Assembly: GCA_963749495.1 (NCBI GenBank)
Contig: CAVVMW010000006.1
Location: 1,120,001 to 1,184,000 of the forward strand
Source: an uncultured bacterium
Lineage (GTDB): Bacteria; Verrucomicrobiota; Verrucomicrobiia; Limisphaerales; UBA8199
Length of the DNA stretch: 64,000 nucleotides
Direction of reading: 5' to 3'
Shown here in pieces: positions 30,979 through 42,904 of the stretch; position 1 is the first letter of the stretch; each line of letters begins with the position of its first letter. A program made the translations under genes and the position numbers. The notes under the pieces were generated by a model. That model made no database searches. It was not told the origin of the DNA and saw only the letters and a list, made by a program, of their open reading frames with translations.

Positions 30979-31308
30979 AACAATGCAATTTATACTGGTT
31001 CGATCTTAGCACAGAGAGCTTGGGCGGCGAACAGAAAAGGGGCTACAGCAGGATTGTCGAATACCAACCCTTTTTTGTCCTGGCGAGAACCGTTTTTGTG
31101 GAATGGAGCCGAGGGGCGAGGGGCGAGGGGACGCAGCGTGGCCGCGCGTCAACCTTGCCGGGATGCGCACCCGTTGACACCCGCCTCTTGGTCCTGGTTG
31201 ACAAGCGGACTGGCGCGGGTAGGCTGGGACCCATGGGCTGGATGGACAACATGTTCTCACTCACCGCGCCGCATTCATAGGCGAGGGCGGCTTTGGAAGG
31301 TAATTCCT

Positions 31309-32043
31309 ATGAAAGGCTTTATGGCAGGCGCCCTGGGACTTGCGCTGAGCGTGTCAGCCGGGGCGGACGTCGTCTTCGAGAATGCCACGACGGATCGTGG
31401 GATTCGCTTTGATCCCGGCACTGCCGAAGTTGGAAACCAGATTTTTCTCACCAGTAGCGGCTACGTCACCAATTTCGCCATCGAGTACTGGGGCACCGGC
31501 CCTGGCGGCAGCCCCACCTTCGCCGGTGCCCTGGTCCAGATGCGTGTGAGGTGGTATCTCAACGACGGGTTGGCCGTCAACGGGTATGCCTCTCCGGGTA
31601 CGCTGGAGTACGACAGCAATTGGAATACTATCATGGCAACCAGCGCCGCCACCCTCAGGTTCACCACGCCCCCTGATTTCCCGCGCGGGTTGGGCAGTTA
31701 CGGGCTGTTCATCCCATCGCGTGAACTGACGGTGACGGTCCAATTCCGCGGCATGGCCTCCGGCAACCAGGCGGGCCTGGAGCTCTTCGGCCCTCCAAGC
31801 ATCGGGAACGAGTACGCCGATTACTGGATGAGGGACAACTCCGCGTGGCAATTGATGGCGGACACCAACGGCCTGGCGATTACCTTCGGCATGGAATTCA
31901 TGAGCGCGATACCTGAGCCTTCGAGCCTTGCGATTTGCCTTGTGGGCGGCGTGGGGCTATTCATGGCCGTTTGGCGACCCCGCAAGGGCCGTGGCTCACC
32001 GGCGGTGAAGGGGCAGTCGCAACACCTCCACGAGCTTCCGTGA
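31309..32043 (+). CDS. PEP-CTERM sorting domain protein
   Basis: Signal peptide MKGFMAGALGLALSVSAGA; IPEPSS + TM + basic tail. Confidence 0.88.
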   Translation: MKGFMAGALGLALSVSAGADVVFENATTDRGIRFDPGTAEVGNQIFLTSSGYVTNFAIEYWGTGPGGSPTFAGALVQMRVRWYLNDGLAVNGYASPGTLEYDSNWNTIMATSAATLRFTTPPDFPRGLGSYGLFIPSRELTVTVQFRGMASGNQAGLELFGPPSIGNEYADYWMRDNSAWQLMADTNGLAITFGMEFMSAIPEPSSLAICLVGGVGLFMAVWRPRKGRGSPAVKGQSQHLHELP

Positions 32044-32334
32044 AATCAGATGACGGCGCTCTTCGGTGACGTTTCCTTTTCGCTCCTCGAATTGCGCCTT
32101 GGCCAGGAGATAAATCCTGTCGCAACGAACCATCGTTTTCCAATCCAGTCCATCGGCTTCGTCGAGGGTTTCCTCGGTCGGCTTGGGCATCCGGTTCACC
32201 CGGGCCGAAGTGCAGAGCAGGGCGTTGACTTCCTGGATGTCGGCGTTCTCACAAGTCTCATCGTTGGAGAGGATCACGGCTGGATGGCGCCTCTCCTTGC
32301 TGAACGGAAACATGATGATGTCCCACTGTCTCAT
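31996..32334 (-). CDS. PemK/MazF-like toxin
   Basis: MRQWDI..FPF..RHPAVILSND, VRCDRI. Confidence 0.75.
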   Translation of the reverse strand: MRQWDIIMFPFSKERRHPAVILSNDETCENADIQEVNALLCTSARVNRMPKPTEETLDEADGLDWKTMVRCDRIYLLAKAQFEERKGNVTEERRHLISRKLVEVLRLPLHRR

Positions 32335-32340
32335 CGGCCC

Positions 32341-32637
32341 CTATTCAAGGTCCGCGGGGGGCCGAATCACCGAGGCCTTGGCCAGCTTGTGGTCTTCCTC
32401 CATCTCGGCCTTGCTGTAGCAGTTGGCGAAGTAGCCCGGCGGCCGTATGGGGATGGGGTCAATGGGTGGAACGTGCTGCAGGAGAAAGCGATCCTGGCCC
32501 CGCACGATGTACACGGCCTCGCCTTCGAGGGCCTTGTCCACCAACCGTCCCAGGTAGGTCTTGGCTTGGCTCAGCGCAAAACTGTCCGATTGGAGATTCG
32601 CCCTGGGTCTTCGTCGCAAACGGCTGCCGGTTCTCAT
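32341..32637 (-). CDS. Putative antitoxin with Phd/YefM-like N-terminus
   Basis: LSQAKTYLGRLVDKALEGEAVYIVR; 6 bp upstream of the toxin. Confidence 0.7.
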   Translation of the reverse strand: MRTGSRLRRRPRANLQSDSFALSQAKTYLGRLVDKALEGEAVYIVRGQDRFLLQHVPPIDPIPIRPPGYFANCYSKAEMEEDHKLAKASVIRPPADLE

Positions 32638-32727
32638 AGGCTAATCATAGGCTGCTATCAGCCTGGTGTCCAAGGCTTTTTGGGCAAAGGCGTAAGGCCT
32701 CAGTGAAGGCGGCCGTGTAGGGGCAGA

Positions 32728-33020
32728 CCCCTCACCCCGGCCCTCGCCCTTTCCGAAGGGGAGAGGGAGAAGCGTCGGCGGTCTGTGGGAATTCCAGGCG
32801 CGTCCGCTTGCTCAAGCCGCTGCCGAGGATTCTCCCTCTCCCCTCCGAGGGGAGAGGGCCGGGGTGAGGGGTCCGCCTTCACTGACCGATTACGCGAAGG
32901 CGAAGCCCGAGGGTTCTGGCGCCCCTGCAGGGCGCGGGGCCCGGGTTTGTGGCGAAACCCAGGGCATCGGCCTGACGGCCTCAGCCCTGGGCTAGGTTCT
33001 GGCGGCCCTTTGGGCCGCGG
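32728..33020. repeat. REP-like palindromes (CCCTCACCCCGGCCCTC..GAGGGCCGGGGTGAGGG and CCCAGGG..CCCTGGG types)
   Basis: Inverted arms visible. Confidence 0.8.
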
Positions 33021-33023
33021 GGC

Positions 33024-34770
33024 TTACTTGAGCTCGAGCTTGACGTGGCGGCGTTCGAGGGTGGAGCCTTCGGCCTGGGCGAGCTTGGCCAGGCCGATGT
33101 TGTAGTTGGCCAGGGCCTGGATTTCGGCATAGCGCGCTGAGGTGAGGTCGCGCTGGGCGCTGAGGACCAGGAAGCTGGTGCTCTTGCCCTTTTCGAGTTT
33201 TGTCTGTTCGGCGTAGAGGGCGGCTTCGGCGTAGGTCCGGGCCTCGCGGGTGGCGTCAACGCGTTGGAAACTGGTCTGGGCGACGGCGATGGCATCTTCG
33301 ATCTGGATGAGGATGTTTTGTTGGAGCTGTTTGAGTTGGAGGGCGATCTGGTCCTTGGTGGCTCTGGCGGCCTTGTAGTTGTAGCGGGCGGAGATGTTGC
33401 CCAGGGGATAGGAGGCCTGGCCGCCGATGGTCCAGAAGGGGTTGTTGCGGCCGCCGACCTGGTCCAGGGCGTCATCGAAGTTCAAGCGGCTGGAGGCATT
33501 GTAGCCCGCGCTGCCGATCAGGTCTATTTCCGGGAACAACTGGTTCTTGGAGTATTTGACCATGTAGCCCTGTTTTTCGAGGGCGAGTTTCTGCTGGAGG
33601 AGGTCGGGTCTGAGGCTGATGCCTTTGCGCCAGCCTCTCCTGAAGGCTGAACCTTTCCGGCACAGCCACCAATTGCTCGATCGGCTGGACGGAAACATGC
33701 TCCCAATGGGAGTAATCGTCGCTCAGGAGGCTCTTGAGGGCCCGCTGGCTTGTGCTCTCGTCGCCCACGGCGCCGATCAGATCGGCCCGGCTGCCGGCCG
33801 CCTGGTACTCGGCCTGTTTTTCGTCCAGAGGGGCCAGGGAGCCGACCTGGACCTTTTTCTTGTTCTGCGCCACCAGTTCTTCGGCTAATTGGAGGGCCAG
33901 TTGCTGGACGCGGATGTTCTCCTGGGCAAAGATGAGGCTGAAGTAGGCCTGCTCGACGGCGGTGATGGAGTTGATGACCTGGGCGCGCAGGTCCAGTTCG
34001 GAGACCTTGACGTTGCTCTTGTCGATCAGGATCTGGAGGCGGTTGTTGTCGATCCAGAGATTGCGCAGGAGCGGCTGGCGCAGGCTGAACAGGCCGACGC
34101 CGCCGCTGACGCTCTCGAAGAAACTGCGCGTCGGCACGGTGGAATAGTTGGTCGAGAGAAAGCTGACGGTCTTGCCGGTGTTGATGTCGACGAAGCTGTT
34201 GGTGAAGACCTGTGCCGGCCCGATACCCGTGCCGGGTTGAGTGCCGTAGGTGTCCGAGACGCGCCCGCCCAGGCTATAGGCGGTGCCCCAGGGCAGCGTG
34301 CCGGAGAGGGCTGAGCTGAAGCTGTTGACATCGGCCTCGATGCCCCCGAAAGCTCGTCCGTACTGGTCCAGGCCGCCCGCCGACTTGGAGTAATCGTGCT
34401 CGCCGGAGAGCGAGAGGCTCGGGTCGAATACGCCGTAGGCCGCGCGGAGATTCAACAGGGAGAGATCGGGGTTGAGGCGATGGATCTGCACGTCGAGGTT
34501 GTGCTCCAGGGCCAGTTGGATGCAGTCCTCCAGCGAGAGCTTGCGGAGCTGGAGGGCATTGGTCTGCACCTGGGGCGCGGCCACTTGTGGCTGGGGCGCA
34601 TTGGTCTGCGCCTGCGGCGCAGCCGCCTGCGGCTGGGGCGCGTTGGTCTGCGCCTGGGGCGCAACCGCCTGCGGTTGGGGCGCATTGGTCTGCGCCTGGG
34701 GCGCAGTGGTTTGCGACAACACGGCCAGGGTAGCACCGGCCAGGACCAAACAGATTGCAAACAGTCTCAT
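33024..34770 (-). CDS. TolC-family outer-membrane efflux protein; apparent frameshift near 33630; 42-bp tandem repeat after the signal peptide
   Basis: LSLEDCIQLALEHN, LRQPLLR, VEQAYF, RPDL, GKSTSFLVLSAQRDL; (APQAQTNAPQPQAx)x3.5. Confidence 0.88.
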
Positions 34771-35015
34771 CGTGGGCGAAGTTTCAGGTTACGCTTCGGT
34801 CGGTGGAATAACACACCGCAGCCAGGAAGGTTTCAAGCTCTATTTTTCAGGCCCAGTCCGAACCCTGAATCCAGACAACCAACATTGGCACACTCATCCG
34901 CATCCTGGACCTTTGTCGCAACCTTTGTCGCAACCTTTGTCGAAAGCCGGCACCGTTCGACAAAGGTAGCGACAAAGGATGCGACAAAGGAAGTGCGGCT
35001 TCTGCGTCGTTCCAA

Positions 35016-36029
35016 TTAGCTGGCAGCGGCACGTCTGAGCCGATCGGCCAGGGCAGACCACTCTTCGGTCTGAGGCAGGGCTTCGACAATGATGCACTGT
35101 GCCCCTGCCTCGTCGCTCCGGTGCAACTCGGCATAGAGGGCGCGGGCAAAGGCCGGCGGGTCGCGAGGCAGGACGCTCACCCGGCCGAAGGGCCTGGCCG
35201 AGGGGATTCGCGTATGGGCGATGACGTGGATTCTGGAGCTTTGGACTCCGAGGTTCGAGCCTCGGGCCCTCAACTCCTGCTCATTGCGCCAATGCCAGAG
35301 GAGCAGCCTGGCCCGCGGGGCGTAGTGCCTGCGCAACTGGCCGGGGCTCTTGAGCACGGCGCCGCCTGGCGCGGGGCCCAGCGCCAGGCGGCCGGTTACG
35401 GCCAGGAGCGCCTCCTGGTGGACCATGCCGGGGCGCAACAGCCGCGGCGGACAGACCGAGAGGTCCAGGACGGTCGATTCGATGCCGACCTTGGATTGGC
35501 CGCCATCGACGATGAGGGGGATCTTGTCTCCCAGGTCTTTGGAGACGTGCTCGGCGCGGGTGGGTGAGAGGCGGTTTGAGCGGTTGGCGCTCGGGGCGGC
35601 CAGCGGAAAGCCGCACTCTCGAATCACCGCCTCGATGAGCGGGTGGCTGGGCCAGCGCACGCCGACGGTCGGCCCGCCGGCGGTGACGATCGGGGGGATT
35701 GCCTGGGCGCGCGGCAACACCAGGGTGAGGGGCCCCGGCCAAAAGGCCCTGGCCAGCTTGCCGGCCGCCGCGGTCCACTGCGCTACGCACTCCCGCGCCA
35801 TGGCGATGGAGGCGACGTGGACGATGATGGGATTATGGGCCGGGCGGCCTTTGGCCTGGTAAATGCGCTCGACGGCGCTCGAGTCCAGGGCATTTGCGGC
35901 CAGGCCATAAACGGTCTCGGTCGGCAGGGCCACGACCTGGCCGGCGCGCAGGAGTGCCGCCGCGCGCTGCACGGCGGCCGCGAACAATTCCGGCGTGTCG
36001 GTCGCCAGGATTTTGGCACGGGAGTCCAT
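35016..36029 (-). CDS. sua5: L-threonylcarbamoyladenylate synthase (Sua5 type)
   Basis: PTETVYGL, KGRPAHNPIIVH, FWPGPLT, AAPSAN, GIESTV, SPGQLRRHYAP. Confidence 0.95.
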   Translation of the reverse strand: MDSRAKILATDTPELFAAAVQRAAALLRAGQVVALPTETVYGLAANALDSSAVERIYQAKGRPAHNPIIVHVASIAMARECVAQWTAAAGKLARAFWPGPLTLVLPRAQAIPPIVTAGGPTVGVRWPSHPLIEAVIRECGFPLAAPSANRSNRLSPTRAEHVSKDLGDKIPLIVDGGQSKVGIESTVLDLSVCPPRLLRPGMVHQEALLAVTGRLALGPAPGGAVLKSPGQLRRHYAPRARLLLWHWRNEQELRARGSNLGVQSSRIHVIAHTRIPSARPFGRVSVLPRDPPAFARALYAELHRSDEAGAQCIIVEALPQTEEWSALADRLRRAAAS

Positions 36030-36042
36030 GGGCTCTCCCGGC

Positions 36043-37259
36043 TCACTCGTATCTCAGGGCGTCGATGGGGTCGAGGCGGGAGGCCTTGCGGGCCGGGTAG
36101 AGGCCGAAGACGACGCCGACGGCGGCGCTGAAGGAGAAGGCATAGACCAGCCACTCGGAGGGGATGAGGGTGGGCCAGCCTTTGCTGACGGTCAGCGCCC
36201 TGGAGAAGGCGACGCCGCCGACGATGCCGACCAGGCCGCCAATGGCGCTGAGGGTCACGGCCTCGGTCAGGAATTGGAGGAGGATGTCGCGCGCGCGGGC
36301 GCCGATGGCCATGCGGATGCCGATCTCGCGGGTGCGCTCCGTCACGCTGACGAGCATGATGTTCATGATGCCGATGCCGCCGACGACCAGCGAGACGCCG
36401 GCAATGGCGGCGAGCAGGACGGTCATGGTCTTGGACTGGGCGGTGACGACCTCGGCGATTTCCTGCTGGGTGCGGACGGTGAAATCGTCGTCCTTTTCGG
36501 GGGTGATGCGGTGGCGCTGGCGCAGGAGCTCAACGATCTGTTGCTGGACGGAGGCGAGCATCGAGGGTGTGGCGGCCTGGACCAGCATGTTGCGCAGGGT
36601 GGTGACTTTCTGGACGCGTTTCATGGCGCTGGTATAAGGGATGATGACCAGATCGTCCTGGTCCTGCCCCTGGACGGACATGCCCTTGGCCAGGAGCACA
36701 CCAACGACGACGAAGGGGACGTTCTTGACCCGCAGGATCTGGCCCAGCGGGTCTTCGCCCGGGAACATCTGGTCGGCGATGGTCTTGCCAATGACAGCGA
36801 CCTTGTTGGCGCTGCGGACGTCCTGGCCGGAGAAGGGCCCGCCTGAAACGACGGGCCACTGGCGGATTTCGAAGTACTCGGGGCCCTCGCCTTGAATGCG
36901 CGTGGACCAGTTCTGGTTGCCGGCGGCGATTTGGGCGCCGCTCTGAATTTCCGGGCAGACGCGCACCACGCCGGTGACCTCGCGCTGGATGGCCTCGGCG
37001 TCCTCGATCGTGAGAGTGCCGGCCCCGCCCCAGCCGGTGCGGGCCCCGGAGCGGTTCATGCTGCCGGACCAGACCAGGACCACGTTCTGGCCCATGCTGG
37101 CGATCTGGGCCTCGATTTGGGCCTTGGCGCCGTAACCCAGGCTCACGGTGGCGATGACGGCGGCGACGCCGATGATCATGCCCAGGGTGGTCAGGAGGGT
37201 GCGCAAGGGGTTGCGGCGCAGGGCGCGCAAGGCGATTTTGAGAGTGGCGATGATTCGCA

Positions 37260-37263
<4 letters not shown>
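36043..37263 (-). CDS. MacB-like ABC permease
   Basis: LTTLGMIIGVAAVI, VGGIGIMNIMLVSVTERTREIGIRMAIGA, PIDALRYE. Confidence 0.95.
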
Positions 37264-38021
<758 letters not shown>

Positions 38022-38066
38022 CGCGGTCTGTGCGTGTTCATCGGTGGTTGAAGCGTCGGCCTCGGA

Positions 38067-39452
38067 TCAGAACCTGCGGGGACCGCCGCCGCCGAAGGGA
38101 TTGGCGGGCGGGCCGCCCGGCCGGGCGGCAGCCGTCTCGGTCGAAAGGATGCCGATGACGACCTGCTGGCCTTCTTCGAGTCCTTCGACGACTTCGGTCG
38201 AGATGCCGTCGTTGATGCCGACTTTGATCTGGACCGGCTTGAGCTTGACAGGCTCCTTTTGTTTGCTGTCGGGCTTGTCAGCCATGACATAGACGGTTCG
38301 AATGAGTTGGCGTTCGGGGCGGGGCTGGGCGCCGGGCGGGCGGGCGTCGGAGCCCGGGCCGCGTTCGCCGCGGCGGCCGCCACCGGGGCCACCCGGTCCG
38401 AAGCCGCCGCCGGGTCCGCCGGGTCCGCCGGGGCGAAAACCGCCGCCGCGTCCGCCGGCCTCGGCGCTGGAGCGTCCACCCTGGGCCGCCAGTTGCGGGG
38501 GAGCGTTGGTCCGGGGGGGCAGGTCGGGCGGGCGAAAGCGCAAGGCGGCATTGGGGACCTTCAGGGCCTTGGCGCGTTCGGCGATGACGATGGAGACATT
38601 GGCGGTCATGCCGGGGAGCAGTTTTCTGTCCGGGTTGCTCACCTCGATGACGCAGTCATAGTTGATGACGTTCTGGTTGGTGATGGCGCCGTAGCGGATC
38701 TGGCTGACCTTGCCGACGAAGGTTCGGTAGGGGTATGCGTCCACGGTGAAGTTGACGTGCTGGCCTTCGGCGACCCCGCCGATGTCCGCCTCCGAGACCA
38801 GGGCATCGATCTGCATCTTGGTCAGGTCGCCGGCCAACTGGAAGAGGGTCGGCGTGTTGAAACTGGCGGCCACGGTCTGGCCGACGTTGACGTTGCGGGA
38901 GATGACGACGCCGTCCACCGGGGCGAAGATGGTGCAGCGGGACAGGTCCACATTGCCGTTGGCGAGGTTGGCCTGGGCGGATTGGACCTGGGCCTTGCCC
39001 TGGAGCAATTGCGCGTGGGCGGTGTCGTAGTCCGAATCGGAGATCAGCCGGTTGGTATGGAGCGATTCCGCCCGCTCGGCCTGGACCTGGGCCAGGGCCA
39101 GATTGGCCTTGGCATTGGCCAAGTCGGCCTCCAGCTTCATCACAGCAACCTTGTATGTGTCAGGTTCGATTTCGGCGATGACCTGGTTGGATTTGACGAC
39201 GGAATTGAAGTCCACGTAAAGCTTGTTTATCCGGCCTGAAATCTGGCTCCCGACCTGGACGTTCACGACGGGGTCCAACTGGCCGGTCGCGGTAACCACC
39301 TGCGTGAGGTCGCCCCGCATCACCGGGACGGTCTGATAGTCGAGCGGAGGCTCGCCTCGGCTTTTCCAGTACCACGCCCCGCCGCCGATTGCGGCCGTGA
39401 GCACGGGAACCATGACGAGTTTCTTCCAGCGCAATTTGCTTTGAGTTGCCAT
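38067..39452 (-). CDS. MacA-like periplasmic adaptor
   Basis: VQVGSQISG, IFAPVDGVV, GQTVAASFNTPTLF, SEADIG, LLPGMTA. Confidence 0.93.
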   Translation of the reverse strand: MATQSKLRWKKLVMVPVLTAAIGGGAWYWKSRGEPPLDYQTVPVMRGDLTQVVTATGQLDPVVNVQVGSQISGRINKLYVDFNSVVKSNQVIAEIEPDTYKVAVMKLEADLANAKANLALAQVQAERAESLHTNRLISDSDYDTAHAQLLQGKAQVQSAQANLANGNVDLSRCTIFAPVDGVVISRNVNVGQTVAASFNTPTLFQLAGDLTKMQIDALVSEADIGGVAEGQHVNFTVDAYPYRTFVGKVSQIRYGAITNQNVINYDCVIEVSNPDRKLLPGMTANVSIVIAERAKALKVPNAALRFRPPDLPPRTNAPPQLAAQGGRSSAEAGGRGGGFRPGGPGGPGGGFGPGGPGGGRRGERGPGSDARPPGAQPRPERQLIRTVYVMADKPDSKQKEPVKLKPVQIKVGINDGISTEVVEGLEEGQQVVIGILSTETAAARPGGPPANPFGGGGPRRF

Positions 39453-40064
39453 AAATCGGGTCGGGCCAGTTAAGGCGCCCATCAACAAGACCGCGATTCT
39501 ACCCCCAAGGTTACCACGGCGGCAACCACGGAGTTGCCGGGGGGGGGGCGGGGGACGAGAGGGCCGTTGACAAAGTTGTAGCGCAGGTTTCCAAACCTGC
39601 CGTATCGCCGATTTCCAATCGGCAGGGCGTCGGCATGTCGAGCGCCCCCGGTTTGCGGACGGCCTGCGGGTTTGGAAACCCGCGAGACAGCAGGTTTGGA
39701 AACCTGCGCTACGCTGGCGCCCCTGGCGCACAGGCGCGCTGAGCGACTTTGTCTCCGGCTGAGCTCGACAAAGGTCGCGACAAAGGCTGCGACAAAGATC
39801 CCAAAGTCATCCAGAGTCGGGTGCAGTGGGGCGTTGCCCTGGGCTGGGATGAATGACGCCGTTGGCGTCGCAAGATCCGGCGGGCTTTCGTCACAAAGGC
39901 TGTCCAGGAACCCAGATACGCACTGGCTGGGACCCGATCGATGCCGCCGCATCAGGCCGCCTCTTCGTTTCCTTGGTTCCCTTCTGTTCTGTTCCTGTGC
40001 CCAGCCGGCGGGACGCAGGAAAAAAACAGAAGGAAACGAAGGAAACGAAGGAACCCTCTCAGCC

Positions 40065-40742
40065 TCACTGGAAAAACTCCCGCCCGCGCCAGATCTGGAA
40101 CCAGCCGGTGTCCGAGTTCATCTCGACGAAGACGAACTCCTTGGCGGTGTTGCCGCCGCCGATGTCGGCGTCCCGCCAATAATCCCAATACTCGAGCTTG
40201 AGGGGGGAGACCTTGCCCGGGGCGGCCTTGCCATCGGGCGTCGTGGCGCCCACGACGAGCACCGCCGCCTGGTAGGACTCGCGCAGGTCGTTGACCCGTT
40301 TGAAGGTGTCCTTGGCGCCCGACGGGTCGTCGGTCACCTCGAAGATCCCGGTGCTGTCCTTGAGGACATCCAGAAAGTCCTGGGCAAAGGCGAACTCGTC
40401 GTAGAGCCGGAGCAACAGGGCGTCCTGCCCGCCGGCCGGGTTGGGCACCACCCGCACTCGGGCCGTGAGCACGTCGTTCGCATCGAGTGATTTCGCATTG
40501 ACTCCGCGCAGGACGTAATCGGTGAACCGGAATTCCTGGCCGCCGATCTGGCGGTTGTATTCGCGGATCTCGTTCACGCTGAAATCACGGTTGGCGAAGT
40601 CGGCCCCGTTGGCAAACGCCACGGGCACGGCCGAGCCGATGCGCAGATCCAGGGGGTTGCCAAAGGCAAGACCCGCGCCGTTGCCGCCGCGGATTCGCGC
40701 CAGGAACATTTCCCACAGAGTCTTGCCTTTGTCCGGTTCCAT
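40065..40742 (-). CDS. Hypothetical protein
   Basis: 225-aa ORF, last gene of a tight 3-gene operon. Confidence 0.7.
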   Translation of the reverse strand: MEPDKGKTLWEMFLARIRGGNGAGLAFGNPLDLRIGSAVPVAFANGADFANRDFSVNEIREYNRQIGGQEFRFTDYVLRGVNAKSLDANDVLTARVRVVPNPAGGQDALLLRLYDEFAFAQDFLDVLKDSTGIFEVTDDPSGAKDTFKRVNDLRESYQAAVLVVGATTPDGKAAPGKVSPLKLEYWDYWRDADIGGGNTAKEFVFVEMNSDTGWFQIWRGREFFQ

Positions 40743-40753
40743 AAAAGCTCCGC

Positions 40754-41002
40754 TCAGCTCCCGCCGCCCAGGATGGCGGAGACGACGCGGGCGATGACGT
40801 GGCAGAGGCCGAGGATAAAGGCGCCCATGACGATGGCCAGGGCCACGTTGCCCTTGTTGAGCAGGTCGCTGAAGTCGAGCTTGGGCGTCAGCTTGTCGAA
40901 GGTGATGTAGCCCAACACGATCAGGAGGATGGCCACGATGCCGAACGCGACCGTCGCCAGGAGGTCGCCCAGGAAGTAGTCGGGCAGATGGAGCAGTTGC
41001 AT
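40754..41002 (-). CDS. DUF350-like membrane protein
   Basis: Two TM segments, FDKLTP..KGNVALAI. Confidence 0.8.
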   Translation of the reverse strand: MQLLHLPDYFLGDLLATVAFGIVAILLIVLGYITFDKLTPKLDFSDLLNKGNVALAIVMGAFILGLCHVIARVVSAILGGGS

Positions 41003-41035
41003 GGAGTCAGTGTGTGTGAGTGAACGGAACCAGAT

Positions 41036-42119
41036 TCAGGTTGCGGTTTGCCAGCGTTTGAACCAAATCAGCCAGATGAAGAAGGCGCAGAGCGTCGCGG
41101 CCAACGGGACGCCCAAGACCCAGAAGGCGGCCACCCCCAGAGCAGTCGGGCGGTTGCTGTAGGCGGTGGCCACGAAGCGGTCCGAGTACATCAGGTCCCG
41201 GTCCAGCCCAGTGGGCGCGTATCCCGGATTGCGCGGCGTTTGCTGGGCCTCGAGACTGTTCGACGCGCTCCTCGAGCTGCCGGTCGTTGGCGACCAGCGC
41301 CTGGTAGCGCGCCGGGTCCATGTCATACCGATGATGGTAGGCCCACCACGCGTGGTCCTCGATCGAGCGATCCAGCAGCCACCACCAGAACAGGTTGCTG
41401 TAGGGGTCCTGATAGATCACCACCGGACGCGTGTAGTAAGACCCGAAGATCGTTCGCACCCGCCCCGGCCGCGTCACGATGACCTGCGTGTCCGGGACAA
41501 ATACCCGCTGGCGATAGGCGTTGTCGCTGCGGATAATCGGCGGCGGCTTGCCCTGGTAAGAGTAAGCGGGCGCGCTCGAGGCGTCCGACGGGGACCGGGA
41601 CTGGCCCTCTTTGAACCGGTTGAAATCGCGCCGGCTGGCCTCTTCCTGTTTGGCTCGAGCGGCGGCGGTATCGAAGGACATACCGCCCGGTTTCGAGAGC
41701 GGCTGCGGCTGTGCCTGGCGGGGGGCCGCGGCGGGGCTGGCGCGCCGGCCCTCCCGGTCCCCGCTGGAACCCGAACCAAACAGGCCACCCCCGCCGGAGC
41801 TGTAGCTCTTGCCGGAGCTGTAACCGTGCCGGTTGCCGTCACTCCACGTCGAGCCGGAGGAATAACTCTTGCCCCCGCCCGAGCCGAAGCTCTTGCTGCC
41901 GGAGCCGGAACTGTGGCCGCTGCCCGACCCAAAGCTGTGGCCGCTGCTCGACCCAAAGCTGTGGCTGCTGCTCGACCCGAAGCTGTGGCTGCTCGATGAG
42001 GAAGAATAGCTGTGCCCGGAGCCGCTGCTGTAGCCCTTGGCCTGGCTGCTCCAGGGGCAGCCCGCCACCAGAAGCGCCGCCGCCGCCAGCCAAATCATTG
42101 TTCGCGTCAGGTACTTCAT
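41036..42119 (-). CDS. Exported Gly/Ser-rich protein with C-terminal TM; apparent frameshift near 41250
   Basis: Signal peptide, SSGHSFG repeats, DPYSNLFWWWLLDR; C-terminus in ORF 41036..41326. Confidence 0.7.
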
Positions 42120-42280
42120 CGCCGGTTCCTCGCGCATCATGCCACGGCTTTGGGAAATGACTATTACTTTTTGCCGGGCGATTTGTAGCCCAGGGCTTGA
42201 CCCGCGCCGGTGACGACATCATTTTTTAGTCTAACGCCATGGCGCTTGAAAATGGCGCAGGCGCCGGTTAGGATTTGGAG

Positions 42281-42649
42281 ATGAGTATATTCAAGGTCAG
42301 CGTGGTGGCACGCAACACCAAAGACGAGAGCCTGGTCAGCCCGCCGACCCAGGTGGTGGTGGACACGGGCTCGGAACTGACTTGGCTGCCCAAAGACCTG
42401 CTGGCCCAAATCAAAGTGGCGCCCGTCCGCAAAAGCAGTTTTGCCACGGCCACCAACCAGCTCGTGACCCGTGAAACCGGCTACGCCATCCTCAGGGCGG
42501 AGGGATTCGAAACCGTGGACGAAGTCGTGTTCGCGGAACCGAGCAACCTGGCGCTTCTGGGCGTGCGAACGCTGGAAGGCTTTGGCGTGATGGTGGACAA
42601 CATTGCCCATCGGTTTGTGGCCACGACCAGGCTGGTCGCCGCCATCTGA
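42281..42649 (+). CDS. Retropepsin-like (clan AA) aspartic protease
   Basis: VVDTGS and LLGVRTLEG motifs; GGAG before the ATG. Confidence 0.8.
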   Translation: MSIFKVSVVARNTKDESLVSPPTQVVVDTGSELTWLPKDLLAQIKVAPVRKSSFATATNQLVTRETGYAILRAEGFETVDEVVFAEPSNLALLGVRTLEGFGVMVDNIAHRFVATTRLVAAI

Positions 42650-42762
42650 GGGATGCTCCCCTCCTCCAGTAGTTCTTGGCTGGGATGGCGTCAGTGAAGA
42701 AGCGCCGGAGCACGCGGACATCAAGGCGAAGGTCCGTTGGCATGCTTGGTAGTCAAGCGAAT

Positions 42763-42803
42763 GCCCCCATAGCTCAAATGGATAGAGCGGCGGTTTCCTA
42801 AAC
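42763..42803 (+). repeat. 41-bp duplicate of the 5' half of tRNA-Arg (att-like)
   Basis: Identical to 43283-43323. Confidence 0.92.
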
Positions 42804-42805
42804 GT

Positions 42806-42904
42806 TTAGATCTGCCAGGTGCAACGCACCGATGCCCATTGCTCACGCGGGAGTGCTCGGAAATTACGCCAGAACTGAGGTTGAGCAACGTAGCGATAGG
42901 CCAT
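42806..42904 (-). pseudogene. Truncated RelE/ParE-like toxin (32 aa)
   Basis: MAYRYVAQPQFWRNFRALPREQWASVRCTWQI*; TGATG coupling to the upstream gene; ends at the tRNA fragment. Confidence 0.55.

Noticed and set aside
42763..42803. Second functional tRNA or split tRNA
   Set aside because: No T-arm or acceptor 3' strand follows; better explained as an att-like duplication
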